A stretch of 64,000 nt of DNA from positions 21,961,237-22,025,236 of the forward strand of contig NC_092672.1 of the NCBI RefSeq assembly GCF_964355755.1, in the 5' to 3' direction. Shown piece after piece: positions 47,846-61,043 of this stretch. The notes under the pieces are model-generated. The model was not told the origin of the DNA. It did no database searches and saw only the letters and a list, made by a program, of their open reading frames with translations. The DNA comes from Antedon mediterranea (taxonomy: Eukaryota > Animalia > Echinodermata). The position numbers were made by a program, and so were the translations under genes. Within the stretch, counting starts at the first letter, position 1, and every line of letters starts with the position of its first letter.

Positions 47846-50800
47846 TTTTTTATTTCTGATCGTACTTCGGGACTTAGATTCTTAGTTGACACTGGAGTGG
47901 AGGTTAGCGTGTTACTTCCATCAATGACAGACAAGTTGCACCGGAAAACTGACTTTGTATTGCAAGCAGTAAACAAATCTACAATATCTACTTATGGGGA
48001 GCGTTCCTTAACAGTTGATTTTGGATTTCGACGCACGTATAGGTGGATATTTACTGTTGCTGATGTGCCTAATGCGATTATTGGGGCCGATTTTTTACGA
48101 CGTTTTGGTTTAATTGTGGACTTAAAAAATCGCCAACTTGTCGATGCTACTACTAGTATCAGTGTCAAGGGAATAGAATGTACCCTAGCATCACTTAGTC
48201 CGGTCTTTCCGACCCCAAAAGTAAATCCTCCTTTTCAGGAAATATTAAACAAATATAAAACGATTACCAAACCATGTTTTCGTAATGGAAGCGTGAAACA
48301 TAATGTTACACATCAGATAAATACAAATGGGCTGCCAGTTTGTGCCAGACCTCGCCGATTGTCTTCTGAGAAATTGAAAATTGCACGGGCTGAATGTGAT
48401 CATATGTTACAATTAGGAATTATACGGCCCTCAGATAGTAACTGGTCGTCGCCGCTACACATGGTGCCTAAAGGAACAACAGGTGATTGGAGGCCATGTG
48501 GGGACTACCGAGCGTTAAATAATGTGACTGTTCCAGATATGTACCCCATCCCTCACATTCATGACTTTACCGCGACTCTCTCGGGTTGCAAGATTTTTTC
48601 TAAGATAGATTTGGTACGTGCATATCATCAAATACCCGTCGAACCTAAAGACATTTCAAATACCGCTATTACTACGCTGTTTGGCATGTTCGAGTTCTTA
48701 AGAATGCCATTTGGTCTTCGAAATGCGGCACAGTCATTTCAGCGTTTTATTGACCAGGTGTTGCGGGGTATGAATTTCGTGTATGCTTACATTGATGACT
48801 TACTTATTGCCAGCATGGATACTGCTGAACATGAATTGCATCTTCAGGCACTTTTTAAACGTCTCGATGAATTTGGTATCATTGTTAATCCGTCCAAGTG
48901 TGTATGGGGTGTGTCTTCACTACAATTTTTAGGTCATCAAATTAACGAGTTTGGGATACAGCCATTGCGTTCCAAGGTTGAGGCAATTGAACAGTTTCCA
49001 GTACCAGATACTGTGCGTAAATTACGTGAGTTTCTGGGATTAATTAATTTCTACAGACGGTTTATACCTAGATGTTCGGATTTGATTCATCCATTAACTG
49101 ATTTACTTGTCGGTAAACCTAAAAAGGCGATTGAACTATCTCCGACGGAAATTGAATCGTTCAACAAGGTCAAGTATGCACTCGTCGAATCAACTCTTCT
49201 AGAACATCCACATCCTGACGCTGCATTGTGTTTAATGGTAGATGCGTCCAATTGCGCTGTAGGTGGTGTGTTGCAACAAATGGTAGCAGGGATTTGGCAT
49301 CCACTTGCATTTTTTTCCCGACGTCTAAATCCGGTGGAAAGGAGATATAGTACTTTTGGACGGGAATTACTAGCTACCTATCTTGCAGTTAAGCATTTTC
49401 GCCACGTTCTAGAAGCTAGAACATTTTATATCTTAACTGACCATAAACCTTTAACACACGCATTACGTTCCAGCGCAGATCGATATTCGCCGCGAGAGAT
49501 ACGTCACTTAGACTACGTCTCACAGTTTACCACGGACATTCGACACGTCAAGGGTAGCGAGAATACCGTAGCAGACGCACTGTCACGTATGGACTTGAAT
49601 GCAGTGTCAGCTTCATCGGAGCTTTCTATTGATTATGACGTCATGGCTAGGCACCAGCAAAAAGATGCGGAGTTGCTCGAACATCAGCATAAGTCTGTTT
49701 TCAAGTTGAGAGACGTACCGATAGCGACTAGCGGCGGTACTATTGTATGCGATGTCACCACTGGTAATCATAGACCATTCGTGCCCAAAGGTATGCGTAG
49801 GTTAGTGTTTGACTCTTTGCATTCACTTTCTCATCCAGGGATTCGAGCTTCACTAAAATTAATCGCTTCACGGTATGTTTGGCCTGGTATGAACAGTGAT
49901 GTGCGGACATGGGCTAAGTGTTGTTTAAAATGCCAGAAGAATAAGGTTCATCGCCACACTGTGACACCATTAGGTACGTTTGCGACGCCCGACATAAGAT
50001 TCGACCACGTCCACATAGACTTGGTAGGACCACTACCTGTATCGGATGGTTATACTTACCTACTCACATGTATCGATCGCTTTACAAGATGGCCAGAGGC
50101 CATATCAATCACCAATATTACCGCTGAAACTGTAGCCAAAGCGTTTGTCACTGTTTGGGTATCCAGATTCGGTGCGCCATCCACCATCACTACAGACCGT
50201 GGTCGTCAGTTCGATTCGGCACTATTCACCGCCCTATCTAACATGTTGGGCACAAAACGCATTCGAACAACATCTTACCATCCTATGTCAAATGGATTAG
50301 TTGAACGTTTTCACCGCCAATTAAAGGTTTCGCTTAAGGCTCAAGATGATCCTCAGAAGTGGAGTGAAACTTTACCTTTAGTTCTTCTGGGTCTCCGGAC
50401 AGCGGTCAAAGTTGATTTAGGCTGTTCTTCATCGGAACTGGTGTATGGAGCAACCCTGAAACTTCCAGGGCAGTTTGTCGCGCCTACTGATATCGCCTCA
50501 CATGAGCCTGCGAATTACGTACATAGATTGCAAAGACACATGCAGAATATTCGACCAGTGCCAACACGAGCGAATCAACGCACCGCACAAATCCACGATT
50601 TGCGTGAATGTACTCACGTGTTTGTTCGTTGCGATAGCGTAAACAAACCTCTTCAGTCTCCTTACAATGGGCCATTTAAAGTTTTAAACAGAACTGACAA
50701 ATACTTTGTTTTGAGCATCGCAGGTAAACATGAAACTGTTAGTTTGGACAGACTAAAAGTCGCCTATGTAAATAATGGTAAAGCTATTAACAACTTTCCA

Positions 50801-50935
50801 GAATCGTCAAGGCAACCGGAAGCAGGGCTTTCCCCAACCGCAAGTGCTATTCCAGTCGCACCTCCACCACGGCAAACGCGTAGCGGACGACATGTACACT
50901 GGCCACGTAAGCTTGCAGATTATGATTGCGGTTGA
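47786..50935 (+). CDS. pol: Pol polyprotein PR-RT-RH-IN, expressed via -1 frameshift
   Basis: [37 protein letters not shown] and YNGPF motifs; no stops. Confidence 0.96.
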   Translation, partial: RPSQRLETATAAGVGEGSRLFFISDRTSGLRFLVDTGVEVSVLLPSMTDKLHRKTDFVLQAVNKSTISTYGERSLTVDFGFRRTYRWIFTVADVPNAIIGADFLRRFGLIVDLKNRQLVDATTSISVKGIECTLASLSPVFPTPKVNPPFQEILNKYKTITKPCFRNGSVKHNVTHQINTNGLPVCARPRRLSSEKLKIARAECDHMLQLGIIRPSDSNWSSPLHMVPKGTTGDWRPCGDYRALNNVTVPDMYPIPHIHDFTATLSGCKIFSKIDLVRAYHQIPVEPKDISNTAITTLFGMFEFLRMPFGLRNAAQSFQRFIDQVLRGMNFVYAYIDDLLIASMDTAEHELHLQALFKRLDEFGIIVNPSKCVWGVSSLQFLGHQINEFGIQPLRSKVEAIEQFPVPDTVRKLREFLGLINFYRRFIPRCSDLIHPLTDLLVGKPKKAIELSPTEIESFNKVKYALVESTLLEHPHPDAALCLMVDASNCAVGGVLQQMVAGIWHPLAFFSRRLNPVERRYSTFGRELLATYLAVKHFRHVLEARTFYILTDHKPLTHALRSSADRYSPREIRHLDYVSQFTTDIRHVKGSENTVADALSRMDLNAVSASSELSIDYDVMARHQQKDAELLEHQHKSVFKLRDVPIATSGGTIVCDVTTGNHRPFVPKGMRRLVFDSLHSLSHPGIRASLKLIASRYVWPGMNSDVRTWAKCCLKCQKNKVHRHTVTPLGTFATPDIRFDHVHIDLVGPLPVSDGYTYLLTCIDRFTRWPEAISITNITAETVAKAFVTVWVSRFGAPSTITTDRGRQFDSALFTALSNMLGTKRIRTTSYHPMSNGLVERFHRQLKVSLKAQDDPQKWSETLPLVLLGLRTAVKVDLGCSSSELVYGATLKLPGQFVAPTDIASHEPANYVHRLQRHMQNIRPVPTRANQRTAQIHDLRECTHVFVRCDSVNKPLQSPYNGPFKVLNRTDKYFVLSIAGKHETVSLDRLKVAYVNNGKAINNFPESSRQPEAGLSPTASAIPVAPPPRQTRSGRHVHWPRKLADYDCG

Positions 50936-51036
50936 AGAAATTCTGTTAGTTTATTGTGCTGGAAGTTTTATACTAGAATCATTTTTTTTTATTCATCGCT
51001 CACTAACATTTCATTTGCGATCTAGAGGGGAGCTGA

Positions 51037-51335
51037 TGTAGAGGCAATTTGCATATGTGTTAGCAGGTGTAACGAACGGTATGCAAACCTTTTTATTCTT
51101 TGTCTCTCTCTCAACTACCGACCGTCGAACAAGCAGGACGTATTTATTTTACTTACCGTTGTTTGTTAACACAAGGAACTTTGCGTATCCTGTACATGTA
51201 CAGAAGAAACCATTATTATTGGAATATATTATGTGTATATAATTACGGAGCCAAGTATAAGAAGTTACTAATGATATTTGAACCCAATGCATGCTCTCAC
51301 AACACAGTATAGTGGGTAAGTTGGATCTCACTAAA
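51037..51335 (+). repeat. 3' LTR (TG...AA)
   Basis: Ends CTCACTAAA, followed by TSD ATAC at 51336-51339. Confidence 0.96.
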
Positions 51336-52770
51336 ATACCAACGTCGTTTAGCTGAGATTGACCAACATGAGATCGGGAACCTAACTTTTTTATAAAACG
51401 AACCATTTTGTTTTGAGTCGTTTGTAATTTTGATTTTAAATTTTTATTTACCGTAGAAGACCATGAGCAAACCGAATAATCGAACATCGGTTGGATTAAA
51501 GCAAAACTAAGAATTTTGCGACAATGTGAATTAAGAAATGATGATTGTCGGTACAGAAATTTCAGTCTGCCGTTTGCTTTGTTTATAACAGAGCGGGCAA
51601 TGACGTCTCCTGATACATTTTGGTCAATCTCAATACCTAGATATTTGATAGATTTTGATCCATTTATAGTCGTTCCAAAGCAATCAATATAGAATTCGTT
51701 TACTTTGCTTAATCTACGTTTAGAACCAAACAGGATGCATTCGGTCTTACCCATATGAAGCGAAAGTTGATTGTCGATCAGCCAATTATTGCATGATATG
51801 AGATTGTTTTGGAGTTTAGATTGGATTGCGATTGGATCTTTATGGGAGTAAAAAATTGCACAATCGTCAGCGTACAAAACAACTTTACAATCACTTTCGA
51901 TACTAGATGGTAGGTCATTCACGTAAATAAGAAACAAGAGAGGACCCAAAAGGCTACCCTGGGGGACTCCACATCCAATCTCAATAGAGTTCGATTTGGT
52001 ACCTTTAATATCGACAATCTGATTTCGCCCAGACAGGTACGCTTGAAACCAACCGATAGACCGGCATCCTAGATACTTAAGTTTTTTACACAAAATATCA
52101 TGATTGACCGAGTCAAAGGCCTTTTGGACATCGAGTAAAACCATACCCGTAAATAAACCATTTGACATTTGAACTCTAATGTGATCTCTAAGATGGATAA
52201 GACATGTGTCGGTAGAAAATGATCTACGAAAACCGGATTGATGATCGAAGATAAGTTGATTCCTTTCAAGGTAATCGGAAACTTGTATATATACCACCTT
52301 CTCCAGAATTTTCGAAACTGAGGAGAGAATGCTTATAGGTCTGTAATTGTTAGCCTCAGTTCTGGAATTCTTTTTATGAAGGGGCGTGACTTTTGCGAGT
52401 TTAAAATCCGAGGGAATACGTTCGTATTTAATGGAAAGGTTAATTATATGTGTTATTGGTATTTTAATATTAGGAGCTCCGTCTCTAAAAAAATTTGCAG
52501 GAATCTGATCAAGGCCTACACTTTTAGATGGGTTGAGATTTCTCAATTCCTCTTCGATAAGGCTCTCGTCAATTTCTTCGAGAGAAAAACCAGAAACATG
52601 TTTGATTTTGCTATTATAGTAATTTTTAAAGGCATTCGAACCCACACTAAAAAGGTTACTGGGAGAAGGCAATTTCTTCATTAAATCGGAAGCAATATTT
52701 GCGAAGTATTTATTGAAATAATTTGAAACTTCGCTTTCATTATGGCAAAGATTCCCATTAACATCTAACG
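51336..52770 (-). pseudogene. LINE ORF2 reverse transcriptase segment
   Basis: NYRPISIL, QSGFR, DVQKAFD, GVPQGS, YADD and KYLG motifs; no endonuclease domain (5' truncated). Confidence 0.95.
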
Positions 52771-54440
52771 TGCAAAAAATACAATACAAAACTATGTTCT
52801 TGACTAAAAAATCAGTTTGATTAGCAATTTTGCTAAACAAAATTTTCAAATGAAATTTTTCCCTGCTATAGTACAGATCGTATTCGGCTTCACGTACTAG
52901 CCTAAATCATTTTTTTTATGGGTGAGAGCCATTCTGACTAGGGATTCCATGCCACAATGGATGGCTATGTTAAAACATGGGGCCTACGGGCCTAGCTAGC
53001 CTACTAAACGATTGGCCCATAAATAACAAAACTCAGTGGATTCCAAACCCATCCTATCAACCAAACTCAATAATAAACAATATAACCTAAAACGTTCTAC
53101 AAAATCGGCTGTAAATATTGAGGCAAAACAAGGTCCGATTGCCGTCCGCACGTATAGTGGCTCGATCGTCTAGTAGGCTTAAAATAGTTTACTCTCCTAA
53201 AAAGCGGAAGCTGCATCAAGCAAGTAGACCTAGTAGGAAGGAGACCTAGCCGATCCGGCCCAGTTAAAAATTGAGCTAGCTAGTGTAGTAGACCCTATGC
53301 GAATTGATACTACCAGTCCTTTTACTAGGCTACACTTGTTAAAATTAGCAATACTTATGTTTACAAATATTCCAACTCTCTCATTCGAGCTATATTATCT
53401 ATACCATTCAGGTAGGTCGAATCGACCTTCAATCAAATACTGTACATCGTTCATGTTGTGATTATAGACGGGGTATACTTGACCCGACCAGTTTGGTATT
53501 GTATACTGTATCTGCTTATCACGTGACGATGCCAGGAATGGGCAGAGAGCACGTTTATCGTCTCGCTCAGAAGGAATGTACAGACGTTACGCTTCATTGA
53601 TTTTTAAGGGTTTTTCCCTATTGTCAGTGCGAAAATCGGCAAACGTAAACTGAATCTCCAAATGATTTTACACAATTGTGATGAATTTTCATAGAAAATT
53701 GACATTATAATAGGGAAGACCGACTAAAATTACATCAGATAAGCATAATTTTACAAAAGTAATTGATATGGTTAATGATAACGAGTCGTCGGAAGATCGA
53801 CCATTTCACAAATTTTCCTATTCTGTAACAGTGTCATATCGCCGTAGCTTCACTTCACAGCCTTCATTCTGCTTCACCGCTCACTTTATAATAAGTGAAA
53901 CTTTTACCGTTCAAGAGACAAACAATTATATTTTATTTTTTACTATTCATTTTAAACCCGGAACCCCGCTTTAAAAGTAAATAATAGTCAACCAGAAATA
54001 AAACTTGGTTTACTAAAGCTTTGGTTGCCAACGCAATGTAGGCGCTACGCAAGTGAGTTGACCAATAACAAGCAACAGTTCCAATAATCCATCACATTGT
54101 GATTGGTCAATTTGCTTGATTTAATTTACAAAAAAATTGGATAGACTACAGACAAATGGACAGACTAAATGTTGGGACAAACAAACTTATTACATGCAAT
54201 TATTACTCAGTAATCACCTCTGTAGTCCCATGGGTACTCTTTTAAATAGTTATTGATTACAGTGCCTTAAAATATTCTTTAAATAATAATTGTGTAAATG
54301 AATTTGACCAGAACCTTTACCATGCCAATCCATATCAATACTTTGAGTTACAATTGTAGATAATATATTGATAATGATATTCATTTGTAGCTATACACTA
54401 GGCTTCATTATCTCTTAAGATTAATAGAGTATGCGTATTC

Positions 54441-56170
54441 AGCAGTATGATCATACCATACCTCCATGATCATACACACTGTTTATATTTTGTGTGGTGT
54501 AACGAGTACAGGGGTAGGCCTATAGCTACAGCAGTAGGTCATAATCACTGTTTATATTTTATGTGGTGTAGTAGGTACAGTGGTAGGCCTATACTACAGC
54601 AGTATGATCATAATTACTGTTTATATTTTATGTGGTGTAGTAGGTACAGTGGTAGGGGTTCCTATACTACAGCAGTATGATCATACTCACTGTTTATATT
54701 GTATGTGGTGTAGTAGGTATGTCACGATAAATATGGTCCGGGGCCAAAATCGGTCCGGCCGGACCAGTTTTGGCTCTAAAATTGTGGCCAAAAGCAGTCC
54801 GCCACTGCCAAAATCGGTCCGGGCTTTTCTTCTGTCGATTTTAATTGAATTACTAGGCCTATGATGCTGTTTTAAAGTTGTTTATGGTTAGAAAAATATC
54901 CCATGATATATATTAGTAAGTTATCTTGTCGGATAAATACTATAAATAAATCTTTTTTATCTAAAAACATGACTTAGGTGTTCACTCATATTTCGGCCTG
55001 CCACACACTCACATGAACGGGTATGAGACGCTGATATTGCCAGCTAGATTTTATTTATGATTGAGGCATTTTTCCTTCCTCAGCCTAATCAATATTGGAT
55101 AATTGTTTTATAATAATTGTATTGAATTGATATATTGATTGATTAACCATAAATAATTAATAAATTAAATTGTTTTTAACATCCATCATGGGGAAACGAA
55201 GATGTTAAAAAAGAAAAAAATGGATTAAAAACAGGCAGAGATACATATTGTATACAAAAAGCTTAACAATTAGTATTAATTATTGATGAGTTACTACTAG
55301 TACTAATAATGATAATAAAAAAAACAGGCTTAATTTATAATATTAAAATAACAAATAAATCCCCGTAGTTTTCAATAATGACTAATCATGGCCTTTTTTT
55401 TAATGATATATACATTATGACTCATTTTGCGCACCATATATTTGTAAGACCGGACCATATTTGGCGGCCAAAAACAGTCCTACTGCCCGGACCGATTTTA
55501 TCCAGGCCGGACCAGTTGTGGCGGCCAAAATTGGTCCGGCCGGACAGGTTTTGGCAGCCATAAATGGTCCCCCGGACTGATTTTGGCAGCCAAAACTGGT
55601 CCGCCGGACCGATTTTGGCCCGGACTGATTTTGGTGTGACAGGTACAGGGGTAGTCCTATACTACAGCAGTATGATCATACTCACTGTTTATATTTTATG
55701 TGGTGTAGTAGGTACAGTGGTAGGGGTTCCTATACTACAGCAGTATGGTCATAATCACTGTTTATATTTTGTGTGGTGTAGTAGGTACAGTGGTAGGGGT
55801 TCCTATACTACAGCAGTAGGTCATAATCACTGTTTATATTTTGTGTGGTGTAGTACGTACAGGGGTAGGCCTATAGCTACAGCAGTAGGTCATAATCACT
55901 GTTTATATTTTGGGTGGTGTAGTAGGTACAGGGGTAGGCCTATAGCTACTGCAGTATGATCATAATCACTGTTTATATTTTATGTGGTGTAGTAGGTACA
56001 GTGGTAGGGGTTCCTATACTACAGCAGTATGATCATACTCACTGTTTATATGTTATGTGGTGTAGTAGGTACAGTGGTAGGGGTTCCTATACTACAGCAG
56101 TATGGTCATAATCACTTATAGAGCTGGAAATCATTCAAATATACACACTGTTTATATTTTGTGGTGCAAT
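54441..56170. repeat. 58/59-bp minisatellite array, about 13 units, split by a MITE
   Basis: Unit CAGCAGTATGATCATA.TCACTGTTTATATTTT.TGTGGTGTAGTAGGTACAG.GGTAGG..CCTATACTA at 54441-54719 and 55642-56170. Confidence 0.95.
54720..55641. mobile_element. Ginger-like MITE
   Basis: TGTCAC...GTGACA ends, 4-bp TSD GGTA, subterminal CCGGACC/GGTCCGG/TTGGC..CCAAAA repeats. Confidence 0.8.
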
Positions 56171-57026
56171 GGGTACAGTAGTATGGCTGCATCAGTGTGA
56201 TCATACTCACGTAGGGCTGGAAATTAAAAGTATGGTAGTATATGTGACCTGTTTTTAGTCTAGTTGACAAAGTTATTGAACTTGATTCTTCATTATGTAA
56301 ACATTTAAATATTTGAATTAATACTAAAGATTTCTTAAAACAATAATTGCATTGCTCCGATACTATCAAGCAGTGATACGACCAGTTCTCGAATATGCCT
56401 GTGCTGTTTGGTCCCCGAGTTTATCTAAAGCACAATCTGACCGAATCGAACATGTCCAAAGAAGAGCGTGTAACATAATATACCCCGATGGTACCTCGTA
56501 TGCTGATACCCGCAGATACCTTAACATCATCACTCTATCTGAACGCCGCGAGAAGTTGTCAAGAAAATTCTTTGATAAAATGAAAAAAGAAGATCATATA
56601 TTATACTCTCTCTTACCTAAACCTCCCACACACAACCATCAGCTCCGACGCGTAGATCGTTCACCCTCTTTAAAGTCCGGACACAACTCACAAAAAACTT
56701 TCCACGGAGTTTTCAATGATTGGTGAATGATCATAAACTGAGTTATGATAAGCAAATTGTGAACCCTTTTTGGTTTGTGCATGGAGAAATCAGTTAGGAA
56801 GGAGTAACATCAAAGAATACATCAAACGAATAGGCCACCCCGCCGCTAATTGGATTATCTGACTGTTACGTTACATTTAATTGCCGTTGATCTGTCGCTT
56901 GTTAGATTTGAGCATGCGCATATCCATTGCTTTCCTGTGACGCGTCATCAAGCGAGACTCGTTGTTGTTGATGATCACACACACGCGGCGACCATACAGT
57001 ACACACACAGCAGAAGAATAATTATA

Positions 57027-57791
57027 CGCCGTGGTTAGGATTCCGGCACCGGAACTCAACTGGCCAGCGTTAGGGAATCCGACACGCTATTGCGCATGCC
57101 CAGAACGAGGTAATTGGCGACTCTATACTTATCATCAACAGTGATGGGTCATTTCATAGCTGCGCCACAGCGAAGAACTATAGCCTAGCCTAGATGCCTA
57201 CTGATACGGGATCCACTAATAGTAAATACTAGGCTAGGCCTACCAGTTAGACGTGACCAGTGGGCCTATTTATTTTGTAATTAAAAAGTGGTCGCTTCAT
57301 TCATATTTATAAACTTCATATATTTATGAATTATATAATTACATGACTAGTTTTATGATTTTTCATGTACAAAATAAAAGATTTCATATAACGCATTATA
57401 CTGTACATAACATGCAATAACAAGTTGATTTGTCGACGGCAGCCACCGCGTGGATGTGAAAAAACTGTTCGGGAAGTCGGGGTCGCAACGCTAAAAACAG
57501 CATTGTGATTCTTAGATAGGTACTGATACTTATTAATATCATAATAATATTTTAACGCGTGGCGTAGTCCTATTTTAATTATTAATTCATGTATGGCCTA
57601 GCTAGGCCAAGTTTCATCCATCGCTCGCGCTAGGCTACAGTAAATCTCGATAACACTCCGACTCTCGGTGCTGTGGTGTGTGGCACATTAAGCTATAATT
57701 CACTTCCCAGAGCTCTGGGCATGCGCAATAGCGTGTCGGATTCCCTAACGGTGGGCAGTTGAGTTCCGGTGCCGGAATCCTAACCACGGCG
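57027..57791. mobile_element. MULE-like MITE
   Basis: About 75-bp TIRs starting CGCCGTGGTTAGGATTCCGGCACC; perfect 9-bp TSD ATAATTATA. Confidence 0.92.
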
Positions 57792-57841
57792 ATAATTATA
57801 CCACATTCGATACATTTTATTTACGCGTTTTATTTATCATT

Positions 57842-60595
57842 ATGGATTTTTATGAATTGGAGGACGAATTGGAACCCGGAATTCTAGAGGAATTGAAGTT
57901 TGCCAGCGAACATGAAGACCTGGAAAATGGTATGCTAGGTTAAAACTAGGCATTGCATTTAAGTTTAGTAGCTAGGCTAGTAGGCCTAGTTACCTGAACC
58001 TCTTCTCTTTTAAAGTGGAGCTCCACCCAGAAAATTACTATTTTTCATACATTTCAACTATTATTTAAAAATATCATCCCTTATACTTCATATTTTTTTG
58101 AATTTTTTTTCAATGAGTACGATTTTCTTGAAAATCACGCCTTTTTGCGTTTTGGGGGGATACCTTGTAATTTCCTATTCTTTTACATGCAAAAGGGGGG
58201 TATATTTGAATAATCCTAAAAAATTCATTTCTTCACCAAAAAAAAAATGTAAAATGTATATTTATGTAATTTTTCCAGATCTTTCTATTTCTGGTATTTA
58301 TCACGTATACATTGCGCAATTTTGCGTAAATAGACACTTTCCCCCGTTCGGGTCCAATTGGGTTTTTTATTTTGCTAGGGAGTCCGATCACGTGACATTT
58401 TTTACAATCACACTACTGCAGCTGGCGATCTGTTATTTTGTCGCGATGTTATTTTTGACGGGCGAAAAGTATATTAAAACATTCTGAATGTGACCCTATT
58501 ATGTTTCACAGTGTAATAATGTGATTATGAGACTATTACTAAAATGTCAAATTTAACGAGATTTGAGAAAGATGTGGCTATATATTCAATAAAGCTAGGC
58601 CTAGGCCTACTACTAGAGTGTAGGTATGTACCGATGCTGCTTAGTGGCTTGGCCTCTAGCTAGGCTAGGCTGACAGCAGTGAAGTTTGTTTTGCTGTCAC
58701 CCGACCTTGGCCTACCCATGGGCCATGATAGGGTGCCTGGATAGTTGCTTTTCAGTCAGGTCTAAGCTTGCACATCGCTTTACTATTCTTTACTACTCTT
58801 GTTCTGTATAGGATTTTGTGTTTCACAATTCTTAATATGCGAGAAAACCCAGGAACGATAAATGGGGCGAAACGACCATGCCTCTAGACAAAAATTCAAG
58901 GCTAGCTAGGCTGAGCAGACAGCTTAGCTAGGCCTAGCCCTAGCTTAAAGTTAAAAGCAATCTGATAAGATTATAATGGCTAATGCTGTTGTTGTACAGT
59001 GAAAATCATGAGGTTACATGTAAATTATACTGACATTCTTATCGGAAATATTACTTAGGCCTAAACAAATCGTATTAATTGTGTGTATAAAATTTATTCC
59101 CCATTTTTCGACACATAATTTACCAAAGGGAAGAAATTTCCACAATGCGTTGACCAGCGACTAAAACGCGTCAGTCGCTAAGTGTAACGCGTTTCGCGAC
59201 GTATTGTAAACTAATAACCCCTAAGTTACTGAAAAACTGTAATTTGTTAAAAAACACTATTTTCTGACCGATTTTTTAGAAATGAGTTTTTGGAAAATAT
59301 TTCCATATTTTTCCTGGTTTTTTTTATGTAATCACTTTCAATTAAACATACTTAAACATAATATAAGCTGAGAAAGTCTGAGTGTAGCTCCACTTTAAAG
59401 AGGCCTCGTCTGCCCCGGCCCACTCTAGGCTGTCTACACGACCGAGTTGAATGTAACAACGATAATTCTGAATTCGGTCGTCCTCTGTAGGCTAGGTAGT
59501 ATTTTTGTAGTTTTTCTGTCTGTACGCCAAAAATTAGCCGCCCGATTTATTGATAGGTCTAGCTAGGCTAGGTAGGGCCCTATCTATCCATCTATAGGAG
59601 GCCTAGGCCTAATAGTAATATATCATTAATTTTATTGCACAATCATCAATAATGCATCATTCATATTATTATATTAATTATGAAGGCACGATTATCATCT
59701 GATGCAACCAACTCATCTATGACCTTGTCAAGACCTCAAACCATTAGTATTTACACAGGAGTCTGTATTTTTTAGATAAATTATTATTTTTCATTCTTAT
59801 AGGACAACATGAGTTAATTTTCAATTTTATTATGCTATTTAGGTATGGATGTTAGTGTAGGCATACATCCAACTACTATTACCGCAACCCATCAGAAGAA
59901 GGAAGTGTCAACAAACCCAGCCAAAAACCAATCAAGGAAAAAGAGTAAGGATTTTGAATGAATGATAACATTTTATTTTGAACATTTCATCTTTACTATA
60001 TTAAATGCATTCTCATCATTTATTAAAACTGTTGTATGCTCAATAATCTTTCTTTTCTGTATTTTCAGGATAATTCGGTACGTTGCCGGATATGTGCCTT
60101 ATGCGCTTGTGAAAAGATTTCAAAAGGGTAAAAGTAGTACTGCCAGAGCTTACTGTGATGTGCTCACTAAGTGGCAAGTGTGTAGTACCAACGTAACTCA
60201 TTCCTTCTACGACTATTCCAAAGAATGGATCGACAAACAAAATAGATCAGGCTTGTTTGTTGTTGATGACGATGTATATCTGTTTTTTTGGAAGCGTTGA
60301 AATAGAAATAAGGCAGCATTTAGCTACAGATAAACTTAATATGATGTTAAATAGTAACTATCTGGCTGATTTGTATGACCGTATTTTCAATAAGGAGAAT
60401 GTTCAAACTTTCTGGTGCAGAATAACCAGAGATAAACTAGGTGACAATGCTTCTGCTCAATTATTACAAATTGTAGTTAGATACTGGTTGAAAATCAGAG
60501 CTAATGCATTCCTCAAGGTATACTTGAATTTAAAGAAGGAAAGCGGCAAAGTTTCAAAAAAGGGTGAAAAATCTCTCAGAAAAGAATTGTTGTAA
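57842..60595 (+). pseudogene. Second gene of the P-like element, resembling the P-transposase C-terminal domain (exons 57842-57929, 59843-59944, 60069-60595; frameshifted)
   Basis: GT-AG exons; IIRYVAGYV...WIDKQNRSGL...LLQIVVRYWLKIR...KSLRKELL; extra T in the T-run near 60283-60289 and a phase break in exon 2. Confidence 0.7.
58014..59394. mobile_element. Kolobok-like MITE in intron 1 of the P-associated gene
   Basis: TIRs AGTGGAGCTCCACCCAG / CTGAGTGTAGCTCCACT with TTAA flanks. Confidence 0.85.
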
Positions 60596-60753
60596 TGTTG
60601 GCTCTAGTATGATTAAATATATACTGTTTTGTATTTTTTTGTGTGTGTGATGAAATAAATAACGACAATAGCTAAATTAAATCTCAATTGTATTTTCGTT
60701 GGTTCTGAAAAGAACCGTTTGGTTTGAAAAAGTTTGCTGATCATAAATATCAT

Positions 60754-61043
60754 TTATGCATTTGGTGTCTTCTTCCTTTGAAGAGGTGAGTCATCAATAG
60801 TTTGGTCAACAATTTGGCTGCGGCAGTTGCCTCTCCTGGATGCCTTGGAACAGTTCGCAGCTACATACAGTGCATGCATATTGTGGCCAAACTGCATTGA
60901 TGTTGGGTTTGTGTTACTTCCACCACATCCTCTCTGTTTACTGAAGTACCGTTCTAACGGATCTTGATTATACTTCGCACTTAGAACACACTCTACCCCT
61001 GGCAGGTCCAGTAATTTTTTAGTCAACTCTACAAACGAATTAA
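60754..61043 (-). pseudogene. Last exon of a P-element/THAP9-type transposase (RNase H catalytic E region)
   Basis: Acceptor CAG at 61046-61044; NSFVELTKKLL...LSAKYNQDPLERYFSKQRGCGGSNTNPT...RGNCR; upstream exons not found. Confidence 0.88.

Larger units (their letters stand above)
46540..51335 (+). mobile_element. Intact CsRn1-clade Ty3/Gypsy LTR retrotransposon
   Basis: LTRs 46540-46840 and 51037-51335, 4-bp TSD ATAC, tRNA-Trp PBS, PPT AGAGGGGAG (51024-51032), CHCC Gag, uninterrupted pol. Confidence 0.97.
45980..52770 (-). mobile_element. 5'-truncated CR1/L2-group LINE interrupted by a Gypsy element
   Basis: RT ORF, 3' UTR with stem-loop GGAC..CATTGGAAACAAGTCC, AATAAA and (CAAAT)n tail ending near 45980. 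Confidence 0.9.
45476..53970. mobile_element. Kolobok-like element hosting a nested LINE and Gypsy
   Basis: Imperfect TIRs AGGGGATTCTGGGTTTAAAA / TTTTAAACCCGGAACCCCGCT with TTAA on both sides. Confidence 0.65.

Noticed and set aside
51149-51335. C-terminal extension of the 566-aa LINE ORF in the track
   Set aside because: Read-through into the antisense Gypsy LTR; the true continuation is 46539-46220.
54447-55959. Cys/His/Tyr-rich repetitive ORFs
   Set aside because: Translations of the 58/59-bp minisatellite and MITE repeats; unit length is not a multiple of three.
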